Source of the DNA: Xylographa opegraphella
Lineage: Eukaryota
Length of the DNA stretch: 37,651 nucleotides
Direction of reading: 5' to 3'
Assembly (NCBI GenBank): GCA_022813865.1
Contig: JALDZX010000001.1
Coordinates: forward strand, 806,001-843,651
A program made the position numbers and the translations under genes. Below are positions 21,338 to 32,704 of this stretch, in pieces. The notes beneath the pieces are model-generated. The model saw nothing but the letters and a program-made list of their open reading frames with translations, searched no databases and was not told the DNA's origin. Position 1 is the first letter of the stretch. Each line of letters begins with the position of its first letter.

Positions 21338-22102
21338 AGGGAAAAAGGATGGGTGGGGATGGTAATGTGTGTTTTGAGGGATGTTTGTTTCCGGCGGTCG
21401 CCTGCGGCGGTGGTGGTGGTGGTGTGCTTTGCGATTCCAGGAGGCTAGCCGTAGAATGGGTTGGTACTTGACTGGCGTTTTGCTCCTGGCTTACAGGCTA
21501 CATTGGGTGCTGTATTACGTTTGCATGATACCTTATGCGGATGCTGCTTGGCTTCGGCGCCACGGAGTAGCTGGAGGGCATCGAAGGTTGAGCGAAGGAG
21601 TTGTCGGTCAGGGCATTAATCGATGCCCGCTTTATACTCAGCACAGAAATTTACGCTGCTTCTTCTCGGCCTGGCAGAGGCTTGCGTCTTGCGTCTGGAT
21701 TGGCCTGCGGCTGGGTGTATCGTTCTTGGTAAAACCGTAGTGCTCTGCGTCGTCGTCAACCGTATTGGAACAATATGGGACTGCTTATTGATATCCATAC
21801 TCAGCTATTCGGCTCGGTAGAGAGCGCAAGCTGGAGAGGCATTTGTTTCTTCTACTATCTTTTCAATTTCGAGCAGCTGGCCGTCTGGAGGTATCAATAC
21901 ACCACCAGTCAGAAGCGCTCGTTCACTACTTCAATCAGTGCAATCAAGACCTTGGCGTACGTGGCTGTCGCTCGGCTACGCGAACCAGACAGTGGTCCGG
22001 TCACTGGAGTTTGAGTACAAGGAGGCCTTCATATTCCGTAAACGACTCATGCTGATGCAGCCGATCGCGCATACAACCACGAAAATTCCAGATCGGAGTT
22101 CG

Positions 22103-22909
22103 TCAATCTATCTTCCCCACAAGCCTCTTCAGCACCTGCACCTGCCATACCAGCTCCACGAGCCCCAGCTTCCACCAACGTCGTCTTCTCCACCCTTCCA
22201 CAAACGGCAATCTCTCCTCCGTAAACAGAGCCTCCACATACGACACTGGTACATCGTAGTTCCCGAGCCGGGGACCGAATATCCTCAGCAGGAGTACCGA
22301 CTCCCCACACGCCAACTGATGCTGGCTAGCCCCGTATTGCAGTTCCGGGTTATCCCTCTTCTGCTGCTCTAACCGCCGGATACGTAGCTTCGCAAGATCC
22401 GCAGTCGTGATGACCTTCCCGTCTGCGGAAGAGCCGATCAGATCGGCGATGAGGTCCTGTTGCGGAGTGGTGTTGTCCCCTTGGTAGAAGTCGCGTCGGG
22501 ACAGCGATACGTCGTGCTCGACGGCCCCGTGGCGCGAAAGCTGATCGAGATTCAGAGAGGCAACACCACTGGCAGTCTGCTGGTGAGGATTGCGAAGACC
22601 GAACCGCCGAAGTAGGTAGGCGAGCGGGCCGCTCACGAAGGCCCAGAAGCCTGTTGGGGGATCGTCCTGGTGCTCTAGGTAGGCGGCATAAGTGAGTGCT
22701 GTTCGGACCGTGCTGTTGAGACCCAGCTCAACCATCGCTGTTTTGATATCGATGGAGCTGACGTTGCGACCGTCGCGAGAAATGTATCCATGATTCGCAA
22801 GAGCGTTGATGATCGGGCAGGGTCCCCGAAGGTCTGTTGTGCGAGCAGGCTGGTACTGTCCTTTGCGGAGCACGGGAATACCTTTGGTACTCTCTAGGCT
22901 TGAATCCAT
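22103..22909 (-). CDS. Heme-thiolate peroxidase (chloroperoxidase / short unspecific peroxygenase family)
   Basis: DLRGPCPIINALANHGYISRDG (proximal Cys, PCP motif), LDQLSRHGAVEHDVSLSRRD (EHD motif), EERLPFVEGW. First ATG at 22909; no intron needed. Confidence 0.92.
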   Translation of the reverse strand: MDSSLESTKGIPVLRKGQYQPARTTDLRGPCPIINALANHGYISRDGRNVSSIDIKTAMVELGLNSTVRTALTYAAYLEHQDDPPTGFWAFVSGPLAYLLRRFGLRNPHQQTASGVASLNLDQLSRHGAVEHDVSLSRRDFYQGDNTTPQQDLIADLIGSSADGKVITTADLAKLRIRRLEQQKRDNPELQYGASQHQLACGESVLLLRIFGPRLGNYDVPVSYVEALFTEERLPFVEGWRRRRWWKLGLVELVWQVQVLKRLVGKID

Positions 22910-23983
22910 AGTTCGACACTCGGGGCAGGTCGCGCACAGCACGATGTTCTTTCAATAGACTTGAGCAAGAGCAAGCACCACCTTTAGAGATAATCTTCCT
23001 TGTTCACCACAGCAGTCGAGCGTGGCATACCTATGTCGGAACCCCGAAAGAGTAGCCAGCTGGACACCTGCTCTCACTTGCACACGCACCATCAGACCGT
23101 GCGCCAGATTGCCGGCGCGTGCCACTTTTGGCATCCCGTGTGTCTAACCCCAAGCTGTGTCCAATAGCGACACGATCTTGTTCGTAGTCGCCTACGTTTT
23201 CCCGCTTTCGAATCTCTCCACCTTGCATCATGGTAAAGGGGCTGGCTGAGGACAGAAGCACTTTAGGGAAATAGTCCACTATGTGGCTTGTGCGCTAGGG
23301 CCTAATCATACTGGACTAGTCTCGTCTACGGTAGTCTAACGATATTGGAAACATACTACGGTACGCTACAGCCGCTTCTCTGGCCCTGAAGAGGAAGCCC
23401 ATCAGTAGTAGGACCAATTTATTTATGTAGTGAGGTACGGCGGAGGTAAGGTACTCCGTAGTCCGTCGAGAGCAGCAGGTTCTCGCGCATGGTTAGTGGC
23501 TGGCGACTTGGTTTGAGTCGTATGGCGTGCGAACTGGCTTTGTATGATAGTTGCTCAAGGGTGACTTCCAGCAGGTGTCCAGAACAGGTGTCATCTGACG
23601 AAAGAAAACCATCGTCCTTCGTAGACAAAAGCTCAAGATACATCATTCTCCGATTGCATGGGTAAGAGCCACGATAAAAATAGATCATGTACGTGCACGA
23701 TTCTGAGGGTTTCATACCGCAACCAGATTGACCATATATAGATTCATGTAATTTGTCATATTTAATTGACAGCTGCATGGACCAATATCCCCCCCCCTTC
23801 CCATAATGTTACAGTCTCTAAAATCATCCTATTGATTCATCTCGACGGCCGGCTGAGGGAACATCACACGCGTTGCCAGCAATGGTATACGCCTTCTCTA
23901 TCATAAAACCGACCGCTTCATAGGAATCTCTGCTTTAATGAAGCCACGGTGATACAATGTCGTCTGATCACCACGTACAACAC

Positions 23984-26241
23984 TTAGACGCCGTTCGCAG
24001 TCTCGTCGCTGACTTTCTCGTGATTGGTCATCTCAGGACGTTGGCTGGTACGTTCAAAGTAAGTCGAAACACCCGACGAGTAGAGGCTGTCGTCAAAGGC
24101 ATCGTCGTCTTCGCCAGTCTTCTCGCCGTATCTTCTGGATTCATTGGCTTCCCACTCTTCGCGCATTTCCTGGATCTTCTGCTTGTAGTCAAGATCGGCA
24201 TTGTAGTACTTACCAACCCCTCTGAAACGCTCATACCAAGACAAGTGATTCGGGTGCACGGCGACACCGTGGTATTCTGACTCGCGACCAGCACGAATGT
24301 ACTGCCATCGGCGTTCTTGTTCCTTGAGATCAAGGCCGGTGGTGTCGGGGAGGAAGAGCACAGTCAGGATCACGCCCATCAAACCAAACCACGGCACGAC
24401 GTAGAATTTTTGTCGAGTCGTGATGTAGCTGTACATGACCGCGGCTGTCAGTGCCCCGAGTTTTCCGAAGGCAGCAGAGAAACCATGAGCGGTAGCTCGA
24501 ATCGGTGTTGGATATACCTCTGCAGCGACAAGGAAGGTAACTGCATTAGGTCCAAATTGATTGAAGAACGAGGACAAAAAGTACATCGCCTGGAAAGCGT
24601 GAATACCGGTAGTGGTGTAATAGGTGTAGTCAAAGGCAGGCACAATGAAGAATATGAAATCCATGAGGAAGCCGAGGATCTGCATATTTTTTCGTCCATA
24701 TAGCTTATTGTCGATCAAGAATGCTAAACACGATTAGCGACTTCGAATCGAACAACAGAAGGTAATTCACGGCGTACAAGCTAGGTAATATCCAGCAAGT
24801 GAGACGCCGATGTTCACCAGGTTATACAACCAGTTAGGCATTAGCGACGTGGTTTTTCCGATAATAGCGGTTATGAAAACGCCCTGGAAGAGCTTGTTCC
24901 CATAGAAGAAAACATCGTTAGCGAACCAACCACCGGCAGTGGCCAGTAGACGAGGACCGAAGTATGTGAACGTCAACCTCAGAGACTGCGTATCGTATCC
25001 AGTGACCTTGTGCTTCTTTTTTGCCGCATTGAGCTGCTTGCTAGCTGCCCTCATCTTGTAGGTACGGTAATACACGAGCCAGAGAGTACCAACGGCAGGA
25101 ATCGCAAACGAAACTCGATAGGTCCATTGCACAGCAACCTGTGAATATGGTGCATTACCGCTGCAAGAATTGATTAGCAGGAACACTTCGAATTTCGGGG
25201 GTATCAAGCTTGCCTTCCGTGATGGAAGATGATGAGCAGAAGAATCAGAATGATCTGATTGAAGAATTGTCCCCAACCCTGCATCAGGAAGGCGCTCGTG
25301 ACTTTTCGTCCACGATGAAGGCGGTCTTCCTTCGTGCTGATCTTGCCTGAACCAACCGCGTTCTCCATACCCGAAGTCGCAGTCATGGGGTATTCTCCTC
25401 CCACACCAATACCGTAGAAGAACAGACTCCAGGCGTAGCAGATCACCCATCCATTTTGTGTTGTGCCCCACGAGGCAGTAAGCATGATGAGGCCGAGGAA
25501 CATGATAACCGCATCCTGGATCAAGCCCCACCGTCGTCCGAGCCTGCAGCAGTTCAGTGAATAATAACCAAGGGGGTACCATGTGCTAAACATACCAGTC
25601 ACCAAGAACCCCGACCAAAATCTGTCCAACGATGATACCGATGATTTCGAGATATGCAACTGCGGCAATCCAGTTCTCGTTGCAGATCTTGTATGTTGAC
25701 CAGCAAGTTTGAAAAGCTGACAACTGTCAGCCAACGCCATAACAGTCAATGATTTTGACCTCACCTCCTTCAGCGGCAAACATCGGCTGGACGTTGCCAA
25801 TAGAAAAGAGAACATATCTGGAAACATTAATACAGCGGTCGACGTAGAGACGTGTTTTCGGTTGACTGACCCTTCAAGACCAAGACCAGCACCTGGAAGC
25901 ACCATATTGCGGAAGTAATAGGCGATGGGACTGAGAGGATCTGCTTTTACCATTCTTCCGATGGTTGACAACTCTCTCTTGGCCTCTGCGTTATCGTAGT
26001 TTGTAACGAACTTGATGCGCTTGCGAATCGGCATATCGGCCCAGTATACTCCATGCTCGTCATAGCTGTCATCGGGACGAATGAGGTACTGGAAGATCTG
26101 TCTTTCATTTTCGGTAATCTCATGAACCGGGTTGTGGTGGCCGCTCATATCAGGCCCGTGTGGGGCAGCTATCACACGGTCAGCACATCGGATATCTGAA
26201 CAGCAGCACATCGATCTCTTACCTGGACCGTAATCCGTCAT
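23984..26241 (-). CDS. MFS inorganic phosphate:H+ symporter, Pho84-like
   Basis: Seven exons: 26241-26223, 26168-25871, 25817-25765, 25716-25596, 25543-25214, 25160-24778, 24723-23984. Motifs GLGLEGYVLFSIGN, GDWLGRRWG, GIGVGGEYPMTA, HRGRKVTSAFLMQGWG, FNQFGPNAVTF, EVYPTPIRATAHGFSAAFGKLGA and LPDTTGLDL. Family call is secure; strict PHO84 orthology was not tested. Confidence 0.93.
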
Positions 26242-26545
26242 CTTGGAGGGGCGCACGAGGTTGGTGCAGTGTGACCAGATCGATATATGATACACTGTGT
26301 GCCTGGCCGGCGGTCAAAAGGTCGAGCTGGATGTTGTCCGATGAAGTCAAGGGAAGGCAGGGGACCGATGTATTTAATAGTGGATTGACTGTCACGGCAG
26401 CACTGGTAGCGGAACAAGCCCGGACACAGACAAAGTTCGAAGATCTGCGGTGTTGCAGGTCCGAATAGGAAGCCTCGTGGGGTGGTTGTTCGCTACGATT
26501 TCAGCCTATCGTTTCGACCCGAGGCTTGATGGTGTTGGAGAGCAG

Positions 26546-27239
26546 CACGTTGCGATGCCGACCGCTCTGTATGGCTACCCAGGATGTGCTAGTAGCCCGA
26601 GAGCCGACAATCCCATTCACGACAAGGCCGTGCAGGGATCTTATAGGTCTTCGTGAGAACGTCAGACGGCAACACGTGCGAAGATGTTTTGGCTTGGGAC
26701 ACTGAGCCGTGCTCGAGCTTGGGGTCTTGCTGGCTGGAGCTGTATCGGCTTTATGCCCTAGTGGGAGCTGGGCTGGGTGGTGATGAAGCCGGAGATGATG
26801 AGATGGAGGAGAAGGAAAAGCAGAGGGAGATTTTCCCAATTTGAAGACAAGCTCCGTGGCAATTGGCAATTGCGGGGACTTGGTGGGCACTGGTGCGCTG
26901 CAGCTAAAGGCTGATCCCCGTGTACGCGCAGAGCTTGGGTCGCAGAATGGATCTGATAAAGCTTGCCCCAAGCGTGTCCGCTGTGGCCGACGTCTGCACA
27001 GCTCTTTGGCGTTTTCAAGACTGGAAGTGTACGGCGGCGTGCGGAAACGGGGCCATTTCGCTGCTCTTCGAACCCTCCGACACCGCGAGGAGGGGAGCAT
27101 TGACCCGCAGGCCACCGCTCCAGCCATCAGCATGCAAATCATGTTTGTTGCTTGCTGCGAAAATTCAGTTCTGTCATCCATGGGGCAGGAAAAGGTCGAC
27201 GTTGGATGGACCAATGACGAGCGTCAATTCAAACACGTT
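26546..27239. promoter_or_regulatory. Candidate Pho4/NUC-1/PalcA bHLH binding sites upstream of the phosphate transporter
   Basis: CACGTT 26546-26551, CACGTG 26673-26678 and CACGTT 27234-27239, about 0.3-1 kb upstream of the ATG at 26241. These match the known high- and low-affinity Pho4 cores. Confidence 0.55.
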
Positions 27240-28674
27240 TTCTCGCTAAGTTCGCACACAGGCTGTGGGCCGCCGGAGCTAGCCTTCGGGGGAACGTTCA
27301 CGCGTGCAGCCCGGCTGTTGGCGGCTCTCGCCGTGCGGCCCACAGCAAGAAGGCGTGAAAAAGAATTTTATCATACCTGACGTTGAGCAGAGGAGGAGAA
27401 ATTTGCTACCGGAGAGCTCCGTCCCTCCAGAGCTCAGTCCTCTTTCAGTCGTCCTCCCAAACAAGATCGGTTTTCTTGACCAGCGAGAGCAGATCCGCAC
27501 TTCTGCACGGCGAAACCACCTTCGAAAGAGTTAGAGAAGCACGAGGAATCTCAAAGCATAGCCACATCCTGGCAAAAAGAAGTCAATTCACGCATACAGC
27601 CATCATCATTCTCAATCGTGGCTTGGAGATAAATACAGATCCAAGGATCTTACAACCTTGAGCTCATGAACTCCATTATGCCCACCCTCCTAGAGTCAGT
27701 AGAGCTGTAATCGTTTGGTAAGGCGAATTTTCAAACGAGACGTCCCTCTCCGCTGGCTGATCAAGGGATGATACATGCCTGCCTTCGTGCTCGCCACAAT
27801 AAGTCGCTTTCGTGTCAATCACGATTCTGTTTCATTATTCGAAAGCTCTAAATTTCCATTGCCTGGAAATCTGTTCGCCTTAAATGAAGTCGCGACTTGC
27901 TCTTTGGCAAAGACCCTAGCCATCTTCTGCAGCTTGACTTTTACGCTGCAAATCCTAAGGTACATTCATGGTACTCAACCACGGGCGGCTACACCGGGCG
28001 TTCATTCTCGAGGCACGACCTCGCCTCCTAAGGATACGATCCTATTAGGTAAGACCGAAAGTATCAAGGTTTGCTAGAATCACCACAGTGAGGAAAATCT
28101 TCATCATCGATGCCAGCGCAATCTAGAAGAATACAAGGAGAATCCTTCAGGCGGCGACTCAGCGGGGAACGCCCGGGTCTCAGAACTGCGCCGGATCGAT
28201 TGGAGATGTTGGAGAACGGCTGACGAAGCCATTGTTCGTGGTGGAGCACTCATTACTTTCCATACGAAGCACGATCCCGCTTAAATCTGCAGAATGTGCG
28301 GTAGCTGGTGCCTGCTTTATTTCGGCCGCTCCGTTGCCATGCTGAGTGACCGACCATCATCTCTCTCACCCCGACTTATACAAAGCAGAGGTGCACTTGC
28401 TCATTGCGTGATTTGAGGACTATGGAAGAAGTGATTACATCATGTTAACATGTGGCCCACGCTCTCTTCCGTGATGAAGTCTGGCGAGGCTGTCCATTCA
28501 AGTCCTGCATCCAGTACCGACCAAGAAACCTCTCAGCATCCCTCCCGAAGAGTCGTGAAAGTTCAACTACTATTATGGCCGACGCTAGCAGAAAGCCACA
28601 AGCTGGGTACCTTGATATCTGGGTCCCAGAGTCCAAACGCCCCGCATATATAAATCCGTAGCTGGAGATACTAA

Positions 28675-29664
28675 TCAGCACCTCCCTTCCCACCCGGGCG
28701 TCAGCCCTGGCGCCGGCCTCCACCTCTCGGCCTCTTCCCACCTCCCTCTCCTCTCCCTGCCCTCCCACCCTTCACTCCGCTTGCATGCTACTCGCTTTTC
28801 TCGATCCCTCTCCCGCTCCCTCTCTCTCTCCCGCCACTCCCCTTCCCTAACCCACCTCTCTCTCTCGGCGAGCTCCCGTTCCAACCTCTCTCTCTCCTCC
28901 CTCTTCATCCTCTCCCGCTCCTTCCGCTCCCCTTCCTCCTTCAGCACCCTCTGTCTTTCCCTCTTCTCCAACTCTTCCTTCACCGCCGCCTCAAACCTGG
29001 CCTCCGCCCTCTCCCTCTCTTCCCGCTCCCTCATCAACTGTATCATATTTAATCTTACCCGCGATCGTTCACGCTGTCGCCCCCTCTCGGCCTCTTCTTC
29101 CAATTGCTCTTCACGACGCTCCACGCGCCCGACCCGCTCCCACAGGATTCGCACCCGCCGCTTCATGGAGTGGAAGCTGCGCACCGAGACAGAAGAATGG
29201 CTGCGCCGGCGATGGAGTGGTGGCAGCAGCTGAATAGGCGGCTGTGGCGGCGGATACGACGTCTTTGGTGGCGGGATTGGAGACGGCATCCGAGGAGGTG
29301 CCGGCGGCGGCGGTGGTGGTGGTGGTTGTGGTGGCGGTTGTGAGACTGGCGGCGGATGGCATATCGATGGCGGGGGTGCGCATCCTGGGCCATGCACGTG
29401 TGTCCCTCCTTGGCCTCCGTGTGCTCCACCACTTGCACCGCCAGACTTGCTTCGATCGCACTCTACCACCGTCCAGCCACCTCCGACGCCAACGCCCCAC
29501 TCGCAGTCTCGAACTCCGGCGTATGAGCCTGGACGGCCTCTCTTACGAATCCAAGCACCTTTACGGGGCTGGATAATGATGGTCTCTTGCATCGGCCGGT
29601 GGACCGGGCGACAGGGCGGCAGGGGGTCGGAGATTTCGCGGACTTGAAGTGTCGGGATGCACAT
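28675..29664 (-). CDS. Hypothetical low-complexity protein (poly-Pro tract followed by Arg/Glu-rich charged helix)
   Basis: Single ORF; likely ATG at 29664 (MCIPTLQVREI, context CAAATG). PPPPPPPP tract from (CCA/CCG)n, then ERERER repeats. No family recognised. Confidence 0.6.
   Translation of the reverse strand: MCIPTLQVREISDPLPPCRPVHRPMQETIIIQPRKGAWIRKRGRPGSYAGVRDCEWGVGVGGGWTVVECDRSKSGGASGGAHGGQGGTHVHGPGCAPPPSICHPPPVSQPPPQPPPPPPPPAPPRMPSPIPPPKTSYPPPQPPIQLLPPLHRRRSHSSVSVRSFHSMKRRVRILWERVGRVERREEQLEEEAERGRQRERSRVRLNMIQLMREREERERAEARFEAAVKEELEKRERQRVLKEEGERKERERMKREERERLERELAERERWVREGEWRERERERERDREKRVACKRSEGWEGRERRGRWEEAERWRPAPGLTPGWEGRC
28740..29035. repeat. CT-rich polypyrimidine/polypurine low-complexity tract
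   Basis: The + strand is almost entirely C/T with short (CT)n runs; it encodes the Arg/Glu repeats on the minus strand. Confidence 0.7.
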
Positions 29665-30965
29665 TTGCTTTGCGCTTGTGCGACGGGAATCGTTAGCGGT
29701 GTTGGAGATTTGTTGAAATGGTAGGTGGAATAACACAGTCACGGAGTAAGATGTGTACAAAGTGGAGGAAGGAGTGACCAGCAAGCACAACAGTAGCGGC
29801 CCTGAGCTTCTCAGAAGCCTTGTGCTATATCAGCATCGATGTCCCCTCTGCTTCCAAGTGCTTCCACGAAAAGATATTATAATCGTGCCAGAGGTATTCA
29901 TCGCCTCGCAAGTAAAAGAGGCTGAAGTGTGGATAGAATGGAACATAAATTACAGAGGTATCACAACAAAGGCAGACAAGCTGATACCAGCAGCTTCGTG
30001 TCTTCTCTCAAGAGACCTTCCACGAATCGCATGCTCGTACAGCATGACCGCTCTTTATCACGCCTGCCACGGCGATGATATAGGTCATGCACACCGCAAG
30101 GACCAGGTGGTACATCTGAGGGTGGGTGTCTGGAGAGAAGCCAAAAATCACAACGATTTGAAACCATGAAGAGAGTGTATCTAGAAAGCTTCGCGCAGAG
30201 GAATTCCGCGACGAAGGAATTATAGACATCTTATGTGGACAATAGAAACCCATAGACCGTTGTCTACTAACGCCTATGCGCTGTCAAAGTGCGATGCAGG
30301 AACAATCACTCAGGTTGGGAGCAAAGACGATAGTCAGTTTCGGGAACTGCGCGCGTGCTGGAGAAATGTCTCACTCGGGTGGAAAGGATCACGAGGATCT
30401 GGAACATGACGCATGGAACACGCTCGGGAATCCCCTGCTGAACTTCGCCTTCTTATGAGCAGTTTCTGGCCGACTCCGCTGTTTTCCAGGGGTAGGTGAC
30501 AGCGCGGTAAACAGATAGAATATATGATGGAAATGGCTGTAGGTTGATCACGGAATGATATGAGACCCAGATGGGAAATAAGCTACGAAGGTACGAGCTA
30601 GTCAAATAGCGCTCGCTCCGAGTGGGGCAAACCCTGGCGTAATTATCTAACGGGCCCTGAATACCTTATCATTATGTGCATTAGTGATCTCATCCGGCAG
30701 CCCGATACGCAAGGTACTGGAGGAAATTCATCTGACGTAATAAATCATATGAGTTTGTGAAGGAGGAAGCGATCCAATCCTAGATTATTGTATGGGTACT
30801 GCCAAAGGTCGGTATTTAGGAGCAACATGGGATGTAATACTAAAACATACATAAAGCCGTATAGACAAGAAAACTAATAAGACGAGTACAAGACCAACCC
30901 CACAACCGACATCTTACGAAGCATAAAGACTCTCCTATCCTACACGTGCTTTATGTTTGGTGCAC

Positions 30966-32083
30966 CTAGGCCGTTAGTTCCTGCCGCATATCCTTCTCCT
31001 TGATCTCATTCAGCCGCCTTAACTCATCTTCCTTCATCTTTGCCTGCAGCTTCAGCCTCATAGGCACGAGGTGGTCTCTACCGCCCGTTATTTTCCAGCC
31101 CGGCAGCCTCTCCTTACCAAGCTCTTTTAGGGTCTTTTGCTCCACGAGACTGAACTCGCTAGGGTCATCCCTATCAAAGTTGAAAGGCTCCTTCAGAGAC
31201 ACAGGAGGATTGGTGATGACGCGTGGTATACGCAAACTGTTGTTTGATGCAGAATGTAGCATCAGAGGATGCAGCAGGTAGACGTCGCCGACGCTGCCAC
31301 TCGCTTCAACGAATTGCGAGCAGGTTTGTACGGTGTCGATGAACCACGTAAGACCGTCTTGTTGTTCGAAGGTGGGATTTTCTGCTCGAGGTGTGTAACG
31401 CGGGCTAACGCCTTCCGGATGGTTGTACTAGATCGATCAGATCAGCGTTCGTTGCAACCAGCCTGAAAGCCTATCCGCAGTAGGCTGGTGCAGGATTGAC
31501 AAGAGAGGAACAGCCAGCGCACCAAGTGCTTCGCAACCTTTCCAATCCCATCAGGACAGATCATGGTCCCACCACCATTCGGCTGGATATCATTAAATAG
31601 CGGAATGACCAGCAGTCCTTGCTCTGGACTATCCAAATAGTGTACGAAAAAGTCCCCGTCAACATGCCAGTTTCTCAGATCCTTTGCATGTACAATTTTT
31701 CCTTCACCTTCCGGTGTACCCAGGTTCACAATCAGCCCGTCCGTCCATAGCTGCCTGTCATTTGGCTTTCCGTTTTCGCGCGCAACCGGGTGATCGTTGC
31801 CCGAAGACGCAATTCGCTCCTCTCCGCCTAACAGCTGGCAGATGGCACTCCACGCCTTGGGTGCAAATGTTCTCACGTCCTCGGCGGTATGGAAGGGCAT
31901 ATTGATGCGTTCGCGGGTCCAGGTCGACTTGTCTGTGGGAGACATTCCAAGGCGGGTCCATAGGTTTTGCGTCCAATAGTCGGCTTTTGCGCGGCTGAAA
32001 CAGTCGGAGAGGCGGATGTAGCCGTTCGCAAGGAAATGCGCTTTTTGCTCATCAGTGAGCTGATACTCCGATAGAGCTGTCAT
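30966..32083 (-). CDS. Phytanoyl-CoA dioxygenase (PhyH)-like Fe(II)/2-oxoglutarate oxygenase
   Basis: Exons 32083-31523 and 31427-30966, intron 31522-31428 (GTGCGC..GCTGAT..TAG). LTDEQKAHFLANGYIRL start, HxD in WHVDGD, NGGGT, GSVGDVYLLHPLMLHSAS (distal His) and RVITNP. Confidence 0.85.
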
Positions 32084-32704
32084 CTTTGTAGGCTGTAGAA
32101 TATCCAGAAGGAAAAGAAGCGTCTTCAAAAATAATATAAGCAAGACGAAAACAGTAATCAAGTTCAATGCAGCACAGATCTATTGTCTCGCACTGGTTCT
32201 TGTGTTATGAATTGAACCCCATCAATGGCAGCCATGCCAAGGGTTATATACGATATGCTCATAAAAGATCATAAGCAGACCTGACGGAATATTCTTTTCC
32301 GAACACAAATAGGAGCAGCCTCTTCACCAGAGCGGGGTCAGCTACGGCTACTATTGCATTGAGATCAGAATGACGGCCAGTGAGGGGCGATGTCGTCGCG
32401 ACTATCTCAGGAGTGTCGGACCGACGTTGCCGAGTACCGCTAGCCGGCATGCTCGGCAAACCTAGAGTAGTTTATGATCACTCGCTTAGCTATGGTAAAG
32501 TGTTCTGTCCATTATTTCGTCTGCCTCGAAAGTCCTGAAACAACATGACGGCTAGCATATCTGAATGGTATGTACAATGGATAATTGAGAACACAGCTCG
32601 GGTTGTAGGTCTGTGACTAATGCACACACGTGTGAGATATTCATCGGGATATATACTAAGCACAAGCCCTTAATGGAGACACTCCTAACAAAGGAGGCCC
32701 TTTC

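Noticed and set aside
21600..22060. Short ORFs between the GPI-like gene and the peroxidase
   Set aside because: No recognisable domain or consistent splice model.
26501..27380. ORFs of 237 aa (-) and 179 aa (+) upstream of the phosphate transporter
   Set aside because: No motifs and mutually overlapping; more simply explained as promoter sequence.
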